Shown here in pieces: positions 55,599-64,000 of a stretch of DNA of 64,000 nt. The stretch is taken from positions 105,386-169,385 of the forward strand of contig JADFXT010000001.1 in the NCBI GenBank assembly GCA_015233405.1. Direction: 5' to 3'. Position 1 is the stretch's first letter. Every line of letters starts with the position of its first letter. A program made the translations under genes and the position numbers. The DNA comes from Candidatus Omnitrophota bacterium. GTDB taxonomy: Bacteria; Omnitrophota; Gorgyraeia; Zapsychrales; Zapsychraceae. Under the pieces are notes generated by a model, which saw nothing but the letters and a program-made list of their open reading frames with translations, had not been told where the DNA came from and did no database searches.

Positions 55599-55886
55599 GT
55601 GAAATTACAACCATTAGCAGACAGAGTAATCGTCAAGGCTTTGGAAGCCGAAGAAAAAACCAAAGGCGGGATTGTCCTTCCGGATACTGCCAAGGAAAAA
55701 CCTCAAGAAGGTAAGATCGTTGCCGTCGGAAAAGGGAAGACTGCGGAAGACGGAAAAACCATCGCGATGGAACTTAAAGTTGGCGATCGCGTTCTTTACG
55801 GAAAATATAGCGGCAGTGAGATCACCGTTGATGGCGAAGAATATTTGATCATGAGAGAAGATGATATTTTAGCTGTTGTTAAATAA
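55599..55886 (+). CDS. groES: co-chaperonin GroES
   Basis: GTG 55599 follows AAGGAGG. (M)[13 protein letters not shown]...[22 protein letters not shown] is canonical GroES. The track ORF start at 55548 lies in the CIRCE element and is not used. Confidence 0.95.
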   Translation: MKLQPLADRVIVKALEAEEKTKGGIVLPDTAKEKPQEGKIVAVGKGKTAEDGKTIAMELKVGDRVLYGKYSGSEITVDGEEYLIMREDDILAVVK

Positions 55887-55900
55887 AAAATTTTGTTATC

Positions 55901-55996
55901 CTCGCCTCGTCTGTCATTCCCGCGAAAGCGGGAATCCAGAGTCACGAAGCGAGAATATAAAAACATGGATCCCCGCTAAAAAATTGCGGGGATGAC
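55901..55996. repeat. MITE-like palindromic element in the groES-groEL spacer
   Basis: Terminal inverted repeats GTCATTCCCGC (55913-55923) and GCGGGGATGAC (55986-55996). Each end also self-folds: ATTCCCGC-GAAA-GCGGGAAT at 55916-55935 and ATCCCCGC-N9-GCGGGGAT at 55969-55993. An outer stem pairs CTCGCCTCGT with ACGAAGCGAG. Confidence 0.5.
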
Positions 55997-56010
55997 AAAA
56001 ATGATGTTAA

Positions 56011-57666
<1,656 letters not shown>

Positions 57667-57740
57667 ATTAAGGAAGTCCTGTGCCTGTTGGCACAGGACT
57701 CCCGGAAACATTTCGTTTCCGGTCGGGTTTATAATAAAAT

Positions 57741-57780
57741 AAGGGCGTGGATATTTTATCCGCGCCCTTATTATTTTATA
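57741..57780 (+). terminator. rho-independent terminator after groEL
   Basis: AAGGGCGTGGATA-TTTT-TATCCGCGCCCTT followed by ATTATTTTAT. Two further hairpins precede it at 57675-57700 and 57702-57722. Confidence 0.6.
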
Positions 57781-57781
57781 T

Positions 57782-57810
57782 TTGACTTTTGACGAGAAAC
57801 AGATTATATT
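57782..57810 (+). promoter_or_regulatory. possible promoter upstream of the guaB3-like/guaA genes
   Basis: TTGACT (57782-57787), a 17-nt spacer, and TATATT (57805-57810). Pattern match only. Confidence 0.3.
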
Positions 57811-57906
57811 ATAACCTTAATTCGTCACTTCATTTGAGCCAAAAACCCTTTATTTTGATACAGTTATAAAATATATATACTACTTATTATTTAGAAAGGA
57901 CAGTTT

Positions 57907-59067
57907 ATGGGAGAATGGATTGGTATAGACAGACGCGCAAGACGTTGCTACGGGTTTGACGAGGTTGCGTTGGTTCCGGGTATGCAGACGATTAATCCAA
58001 ACGAGGTTGATACGAGCTGGGAAATCGGGGAAATGAAGTTGAAGATTCCCATTATCGCGGCGGCTATGGATGGCGTTGTGGATGTTTCTTTTGCGATAAA
58101 AATGGGAAAAATGGGCGGGATCGCGGTCCTAAACCTCGACGGTGTTCAGACGCGTTATGAAGACCCGGATGAGATCATGCAGGAAATCGTTAATGCCACA
58201 CCCCAGGAAGCGACCGAACTACTTCAGAAATTATACCAGCCACGAATTAAAGACTCTCTGATTACCAAACGAATTCAACAAATTAAGCAAGGCAAGGTTC
58301 CGGCTTTTGTCAGCTGCATTCCTCAAAATGCGGAAAAATTTGGGCGGCTTGCCCAGGAAGCTGGCGCGGACTGTTTCATTGTCCAATCCCAGGTCTCGTC
58401 GGCAAAACATATTTCTACAGAATACAAAGTCTGCGATTACGGAAAATTATGCCAGGATTTAAAAATCCCTGTTGCCATAGGAAATGCCGTCACTTATCCT
58501 ATGACGTTATCTTTGCTGGAATTAGGCGTCGACGCTGTTCTGATTGGTGTCGGGCCGGGAGCGGCGTGCACGACTCGCGGGGTTTTAGGCATTGGCGTTC
58601 CTCAAATCACTGCCACCGTGGATGCTTCTGCCGCACGGGACCATCATTATAAACGGACGGGAAAATATGTTCCTATTATTACTGATGGCGGAATGCGAAT
58701 CGGTGGAGAAATTTGTAAGGCCATCGCGGCCGGCGCAGATGCGGTCATGGTCGGTTCCGCGTTTGCCAAAGCCGAAGAAGCTCCGGGCAAAGGCTTTCAT
58801 TGGGGCATGGCGACCTCACACGCTAATCTCCCGAGAGGCACGCGCATTCATGTCGGGACGACTGGAACGCTCGAACAGATCCTGCTTGGTCCTGCCAAGG
58901 TGGATGACGGGTCTCAAAATCTCGTCGGAGCATTGAAGACCTCCATGGGGTCTTTAGGCGTCCAAAATTTAAAGGCAATGCATGATGTGGAAATCATTAT
59001 AGCGCCCTCTATTCAGACGGAAGGAAAGGTTTTTCAAGTCGGACAGCGCGTTGGAATGGGCAAGTAA
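57907..59067 (+). CDS. IMP dehydrogenase family protein without CBS pair (GuaB3-like)
   Basis: 386 aa; TIM-barrel IMPDH motifs (AAAMDGV, GVGPGAACTTR with the catalytic Cys, TDGGMR, VMVGS), but no CBS subdomain insertion. Confidence 0.82.
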   Translation: MGEWIGIDRRARRCYGFDEVALVPGMQTINPNEVDTSWEIGEMKLKIPIIAAAMDGVVDVSFAIKMGKMGGIAVLNLDGVQTRYEDPDEIMQEIVNATPQEATELLQKLYQPRIKDSLITKRIQQIKQGKVPAFVSCIPQNAEKFGRLAQEAGADCFIVQSQVSSAKHISTEYKVCDYGKLCQDLKIPVAIGNAVTYPMTLSLLELGVDAVLIGVGPGAACTTRGVLGIGVPQITATVDASAARDHHYKRTGKYVPIITDGGMRIGGEICKAIAAGADAVMVGSAFAKAEEAPGKGFHWGMATSHANLPRGTRIHVGTTGTLEQILLGPAKVDDGSQNLVGALKTSMGSLGVQNLKAMHDVEIIIAPSIQTEGKVFQVGQRVGMGK

Positions 59068-59103
59068 TTTATCAATCATTTAACCTAAAGGAAGGTTTTT
59101 CCT

Positions 59104-60789
59104 ATGGTTCCCAAAACCAAGACACAAGGTAAGATCGCAAAATTAAAAACGAGAATCAAAATGGGCCAGAAACGCAGGATCGGGAATTTGCCGAAATTAA
59201 AGAAAATGGCCGGGCAGATGCCGGTTTCGATCAAGGTGCGTAAGATTAAGACGAAGGACATTGTCCTGGTCCTTGATTTCGGTTCTCAGTATACTCAGCT
59301 CATTGCTCGTCGGATACGCGAGAACAAAGTTTTTAGCAAGATCGTCCCTTATAATATTTCCATTGAAGAGATTCAGAGCATGAATCCCAAAGGCATTGTC
59401 CTTTCCGGAGGGCCGTTAAGCGTTTATGACAAGAACGCTCCGCTTCCGCATAAGGATATTTTTAAATTGAATGTCCCTATTCTAGGTATTTGTTATGGGA
59501 TGCAAGCCATTACCAATATGTTGGGAGGTAAAGTGGATGGAAGCAAAGAGAGGGAGTTCGGCCGTGCGGAATTGTTTATTGATAGTAACAAGGATTTGTT
59601 CGCGAACCTCCCGTCGAATTTGACCTGCTGGATGAGCCATAGCGATGAACTCAAAAAGCTTCCGGCCGGATTTGTCAAAATTGCGCATACACTCAACGCT
59701 GATGTCGCGGCGTTTGCCAATTATCAGAAGAAAATTTATGGTGTTCAGTTCCATCCGGAAGTGGTTCATACTCAGCGCGGAAGCCAGATCTTGCTTAACT
59801 TTTTATTCCATATCTGCGGATGCCTGCCACGGTGGACCATGGATAAATTCATTGATTCTACGATCAGGCAAATCGCGGAAACCGTCGGAAACAAAAAAGT
59901 TGTTTTGGGTTTAAGCGGCGGAGTGGATTCTTCGGTGGCGGCTTTGATCATCCATAAAGCTATCGGCAGTAAGCTGCACTGTATTTTCGTCGATAACGGC
60001 CTTTTGCGTAAAAATGAAGTCGCGTCCGTTCAACGGACATTTAAGGATAATTTCAAAATGAACCTGATGTGCGTGGATGCCGAGAAGAACTTCTTAAAGC
60101 GTCTCGCCGGGGTGACCGATCCGGAAGAAAAAAGAAAGATCATCGGCGATGAGTTCGTCAAGGTCTTCACGGAAAAATCCAAACATATTAAAGATGCCGC
60201 GTTCTTGGCGCAAGGGACCCTTTATCCTGATGTGATCGAATCCCATTCGCCTATCGGCGGGCCTTCAGCAAAGATCAAGAGCCATCATAATGTCGGCGGT
60301 TTACCAAAGAATTTGAAATTCGAACTGGTCGAACCGTTACGAGAACTTTTTAAAGATGAAGTCCGTGCGATCGGAAAAATTCTCGGAGCGCCGGAATCGA
60401 TTCTAAAACGCCAGCCGTTTCCTGGTCCTGGTTTAGCCATTCGTGTTATCGGTGAAGTCACGAAAGAGCGGCTTGAGATCTTAAGAGAAGCTGATGAGCG
60501 AGTCTTGGATGAAATTAAAAAAGCCGGTCTTTATAATGACATTTGGCAGTCGTTTGCGGTGTTGCTTCCTATTAAGACCGTCGGTGTCATGGGAGACCAA
60601 AGGACGTATGAAAATGTCGTGGCTATTCGTTGTGTCACGAGTGTCGACGGCATGACCGCTGATTGGGTCCAGCTTCCTTATGAACTTTTAGGAAAAATTT
60701 CCAACCGCATTATTAATGAAGTTCCCGGTGTTAACCGTGTTGTTTACGATATTAGCTCCAAGCCTCCCGCCACCATTGAGTGGGAATAA
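59104..60789 (+). CDS. guaA: GMP synthase (glutamine-hydrolysing)
   Basis: [33 protein letters not shown]-terminal ATIEWE. The first ~50 residues are a Lys/Arg-rich extension, and internal ATGs at 59161 and 59206 are alternative starts. Confidence 0.92.
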   Translation: MVPKTKTQGKIAKLKTRIKMGQKRRIGNLPKLKKMAGQMPVSIKVRKIKTKDIVLVLDFGSQYTQLIARRIRENKVFSKIVPYNISIEEIQSMNPKGIVLSGGPLSVYDKNAPLPHKDIFKLNVPILGICYGMQAITNMLGGKVDGSKEREFGRAELFIDSNKDLFANLPSNLTCWMSHSDELKKLPAGFVKIAHTLNADVAAFANYQKKIYGVQFHPEVVHTQRGSQILLNFLFHICGCLPRWTMDKFIDSTIRQIAETVGNKKVVLGLSGGVDSSVAALIIHKAIGSKLHCIFVDNGLLRKNEVASVQRTFKDNFKMNLMCVDAEKNFLKRLAGVTDPEEKRKIIGDEFVKVFTEKSKHIKDAAFLAQGTLYPDVIESHSPIGGPSAKIKSHHNVGGLPKNLKFELVEPLRELFKDEVRAIGKILGAPESILKRQPFPGPGLAIRVIGEVTKERLEILREADERVLDEIKKAGLYNDIWQSFAVLLPIKTVGVMGDQRTYENVVAIRCVTSVDGMTADWVQLPYELLGKISNRIINEVPGVNRVVYDISSKPPATIEWE

Positions 60790-60806
60790 TCCTTTAGCAG
60801 ATAGTG

Positions 60807-60834
60807 GTAGGGGCGGTTCGCGAACCGCCCCTAC
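60807..60834. repeat. perfect 28-nt GC-rich palindrome (REP-like; may act as a bidirectional terminator)
   Basis: GTAGGGGCGGTTCGCGAACCGCCCCTAC lies between the guaA stop (60789) and the dnaE start (60844). Confidence 0.7.
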
Positions 60835-60843
60835 GATTCAATC

Positions 60844-63800
60844 ATGAGCCAGTCCGATTTCATCCATCTTCATGTTCATACTCAATACAGCCTTTTAGAC
60901 GGTGCCTGCCGTATTAAATCTCTCATTCAAAAATGTGTCACAAACCAGATGCCGGCGGTCGCGATGACCGACCACGGCAATATCTTCGGTGCCGTTGATT
61001 TTTATCAGAACGCTACTGCTTCCGGGATCAAACCCATCATCGGTAGCGAGACCTATATTACGAAGACCGGCACGCGGTTCGATAAAACTCCTCAGCAAAA
61101 AGGCAACGCCTCGCATATCGTCCTTCTGGCTAAGAACCAGATAGGTTATCAAAATTTATTAAAACTTGTTTCTGCCGGATATCTCGAGGGGTTTTATTAC
61201 AGCCCGCGAATTGACAAGGATATTCTTTCCAAGCACGCCGAAGGGCTCATTGGGCTTTCGGCCTGTTTAAAGGGCGAGGTTTCCCAACATCTTTTAGACG
61301 GCAATTTCCATTTAGCGCTTAAAGCCGCCGATGATTACATGCAGATTTTTGGTAAAGAAAATTTTTTCCTTGAGATCATGGACCAAGGCATTCCTGAGCA
61401 AAAGATCGCGAATGAAGGCCTTCTTCAAATTTCTAAACAGTTAAGTGTTCCGTTGGTCGCGACCAACGACGTCCATTATCTGGAAAAGGCCCAGGCCCGT
61501 GCGCAGGAGGCGTTACTTTGTATTCAAACACAGACGACCTTAGACGACCCTAACCGGATGCGTTTGTCGACGGACGAATTTTATTTTAAGACCGCAGAAG
61601 AAATGAAAACCCTTTTTTCCTGGGCGCCTCAAGCCGTCACAAATACGCTTCTTATCGCCGAGAAATGTGATGTCAAATTTAACTTTAACGTCATCCATCT
61701 TCCTAAATTCGAGCCGCCCGAAGGCAAGACCAAGGAAGAATACCTTAAACAGCTTTGTGAGGAGAATTTAAATAAACGGTATCCTCAAGTGACGACAGAG
61801 ATCAGAGATCGTCTGGAATTTGAGCTTAAGATCATCGAGAAGATGGGCTTTGTCGGTTATTTTCTGATTGTCTGGGATTTTATCAATTTTGCGAAAAGCA
61901 AACGTATTCCCGTCGGGCCTGGACGCGGATCCGCCGCCGGAAGTATTGTCAGCTATCTTTTGGGGATCACGGACTTAGACCCGTTACGCTACGGTTTATT
62001 GTTCGAACGGTTTTTAAATCCCGAGCGCGCCGGGATGCCTGATATCGACATCGATTTCTGCTATGAACGTCGCGGGGAGGTCATCGAGTACGTCACCCGA
62101 AAATATGGTTCGGATAAAGTCGCCCAGATCATCACCTTCGGGACCATGCAGGCCAAGGCCGCGATCCGTGACGTGGGTCGTGTCATGGGAGTCGCCTATG
62201 CCGACGTGGACCGGATCGCCAAGCTCGTCCCTAACGAACTGGGGATAACACTCGAAGATGCTTTGGTCAAAGAGCCGCAATTAAAGAAACTTTGCGATGA
62301 GGACAACGCGGCCAAGGATATCATTGAGACCGCCAAGGTCTTGGAAGGATTAAATCGCCACGCCTCGATTCATGCCGCCGGTGTTGTCATTGCCGACAAA
62401 CCTTTAGAGGAATACGTCCCGTTATTTAAGACGAGTGATGGCCAGGTGACGACGGGTTTTACCATGAACGATATCGCCAAGATCGGTCTTTTAAAAATGG
62501 ACTTCTTGGGGCTTCGCACCTTGACCGTCCTTAACGAGGCGGTTCGGCTCATTAAGGAGATCCACGGGGTCGATATCGATATCACCCAAATCCCTCTCGA
62601 CGACAAAAAGACCTATGAATTGTTAAGTCATGCCAACAGTTTCGGTATCTTCCAGCTGGAAAGTTCGGGGATGCGCGACCTTTTAAAGAAAACCAAGCCG
62701 TCGGAATTCGAGGACATTATCTCTATTCTGGCGCTTTATCGTCCGGGCCCGATGGGAAGCGGTATGCTTGATGATTTCATTAAGCGTAAACGCGGCGAGG
62801 TCCAGGTCAAATATGACCATCCGAAGTTGGAACCTATCCTTAAAGAAACGTACGGCATTATCGTTTACCAGGAACAGGTCATGAAAATCCCCGTTGCGCT
62901 CGCCGGGTTTTCCTTGACGCAGGCGGATCATCTTCGTCGGGCTATGAGTAAGAAAATTGCAGCCGTCATGGATAAGATGCGTGCGGATTTCGTTAAAGGT
63001 TGTGAGAAAGAAAGTAAAATTCCCGAATCGCTCGCCAATAAGATTTTTGATTTGATCGATTATTTCTCCGGTTACGGTTTTAACCGCAGCCACTCGGCCG
63101 CTTATGCGATGATCAGCTATCAGACCGCCTATTTAAAGGCGAATTATCCGGTGGAATTTATGTGCGCGCTTCTCAATAGCGAACAGAATAACACGGATAA
63201 GATCGTCGAGTATGTGAAAGAATCTGAAGCCATGGGCATTAAGATCCTGCCGCCGCATATTAATGAGAGCTTCAAGAAATTTATGGTGATGGACCCTAAG
63301 ACGATACGCTTCGGCCTTTTAGCGGTTAAAAACGTCGGGGAAACCGCCATTGATTCGATTATTGAACAACGGGAATCCAACGGAAAATATTCTTCTTTGT
63401 ATGATCTTTGCGAGCGGGTGGACCTTCGCCTCGTCAATAAAAAAGTGGTGGAAAGTCTGATTAAGTGCGGCGCACTCGATTTTGACGGCGTTTTTCGTTC
63501 GCAGATGATGGCGGTCGTCGAGAAATCGCTCGAAATTGGATCGAAAACCCAGAAAGAGCGGGCCTCAGGCCAGGTGTCTTTTTTTGATATGTTCGCCAGC
63601 AAGGAAACCAATGTTAGCCAACGTTATGACGCCCTGCCGGATATCAAAGAGTGGCAGAAAAATCAATTGTTGGCGTTTGAAAAAGAAATGCTGGGTTTTT
63701 ATGTGAGCGGGCATCCCTTGGCGCATTATTTAGCCGAAATAAAGAAATTTACCGAGATGTCGACAGCGTCTTTAAAACAATCTTTCGACGGGGAAGAAGT

Positions 63801-64000
63801 CAAGATTGTCGGGCTGATTGAAAGTGTGAAATTGACGTATACCCGCAAGAACAATGAGCGCATGGCGATCGTGAAACTTGCGGATATTGACGGCGAGGTC
63901 GAGGTGGTGGTTTTCCCGTCGTCCTATGAAAAGCTCGCGCCGTGTTTACGGGAAGGGGAAGTGGTCTTTTTAGTCGGACGCGCCAGCCTTAAAGACGAGG
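60844..64000 (+). CDS. dnaE: DNA polymerase III subunit alpha (5' part; continues beyond window)
   Basis: Absent from the ORF track because it has no stop in the window. Hand translation from ATG 60844 gives MSQSDFIHLHVHTQYSLLDGA (PHP domain), GPGRGSAAGS, PDIDIDF and FNRSHSAAYA, and stays open to 64000. Confidence 0.95.
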   Translation, partial: MSQSDFIHLHVHTQYSLLDGACRIKSLIQKCVTNQMPAVAMTDHGNIFGAVDFYQNATASGIKPIIGSETYITKTGTRFDKTPQQKGNASHIVLLAKNQIGYQNLLKLVSAGYLEGFYYSPRIDKDILSKHAEGLIGLSACLKGEVSQHLLDGNFHLALKAADDYMQIFGKENFFLEIMDQGIPEQKIANEGLLQISKQLSVPLVATNDVHYLEKAQARAQEALLCIQTQTTLDDPNRMRLSTDEFYFKTAEEMKTLFSWAPQAVTNTLLIAEKCDVKFNFNVIHLPKFEPPEGKTKEEYLKQLCEENLNKRYPQVTTEIRDRLEFELKIIEKMGFVGYFLIVWDFINFAKSKRIPVGPGRGSAAGSIVSYLLGITDLDPLRYGLLFERFLNPERAGMPDIDIDFCYERRGEVIEYVTRKYGSDKVAQIITFGTMQAKAAIRDVGRVMGVAYADVDRIAKLVPNELGITLEDALVKEPQLKKLCDEDNAAKDIIETAKVLEGLNRHASIHAAGVVIADKPLEEYVPLFKTSDGQVTTGFTMNDIAKIGLLKMDFLGLRTLTVLNEAVRLIKEIHGVDIDITQIPLDDKKTYELLSHANSFGIFQLESSGMRDLLKKTKPSEFEDIISILALYRPGPMGSGMLDDFIKRKRGEVQVKYDHPKLEPILKETYGIIVYQEQVMKIPVALAGFSLTQADHLRRAMSKKIAAVMDKMRADFVKGCEKESKIPESLANKIFDLIDYFSGYGFNRSHSAAYAMISYQTAYLKANYPVEFMCALLNSEQNNTDKIVEYVKESEAMGIKILPPHINESFKKFMVMDPKTIRFGLLAVKNVGETAIDSIIEQRESNGKYSSLYDLCERVDLRLVNKKVVESLIKCGALDFDGVFRSQMMAVVEKSLEIGSKTQKERASGQVSFFDMFASKETNVSQRYDALPDIKEWQKNQLLAFEKEMLGFYVSGHPLAHYLAEIKKFTEMSTASLKQSFDGEEVKIVGLIESVKLTYTRKNNERMAIVKLADIDGEVEVVVFPSSYEKLAPCLREGEVVFLVGRASLKDE

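Noticed and set aside
55916-55935. Resemblance of ATTCCCGC-GAAA-GCGGGAAT to the neisserial dRS3 pattern ATTCCC-N8-GGGAAT
   Set aside because: A shared short palindrome shape is insufficient to infer homology or a phage-integration role in an unrelated lineage. I treat it as a local palindromic element only.
60895-63611. Series of minus-strand ORFs (60895-61152, 62014-62280, 62370-62606, 62683-63093, 63144-63611)
   Set aside because: All are antisense to a continuous plus-strand dnaE reading frame with unmistakable Pol III alpha motifs. They are shadow ORFs that appear prominent only because dnaE has no stop in the window and is missing from the track.

Overview
The window looks like a chromosomal segment of a compact, mostly single-strand-coded bacterial genome. 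My guess is an uncultured PVC or candidate-phylum lineage; that is inference from gene content, not from a search. Positions 1-10.4 kb hold the spc/alpha ribosomal protein cluster, S17 to L17, including secY, adk, map, infA and rpoA, but no L30 gene. Housekeeping genes follow: an aminotransferase, pilT, an IDH-family enzyme, lipB, a glycolipid/acyltransferase cluster, aroQ, pepP, efp, accBC, asp23, pfkA, gmhA/rfaE-II, thiE, tRNA-Gly(CCC), an NlpD-like protein, a dGTPase, a degenerate HD-GYP protein, aroB, a minus-strand ExeA/GspB-like pair, PilZ proteins, rluA, uvrB and coaX. The window ends with groES-groEL behind a CIRCE operator, a GuaB3-like IMPDH, guaA, and a 3'-truncated dnaE. dnaE is absent from the ORF track because it runs off the window. 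The stand-out feature is a 7.3 kb ORF (47907-55226) for a signal-peptide-bearing giant protein. Its modules are punctuated about 14 times by a D-x-A-M-T/S motif that is conserved even at the nucleotide level. It also contains two HPr-like domains, four mosaic tandem repeats and an in-frame GC-rich palindromic element. Two polytopic GT-C-like membrane proteins, a HAD phosphatase and a glycerol-1-phosphate-dehydrogenase-like gene lie directly upstream of it. Other oddities are GC-rich palindromic or MITE-like hairpins in several spacers, a tRNA overlapped by both flanking CDSs, a stand-alone lipoyl domain coupled to lipB, and a thiE pair split at an A6 run. All calls come from reading the translations and sequence by eye; no database search was possible.
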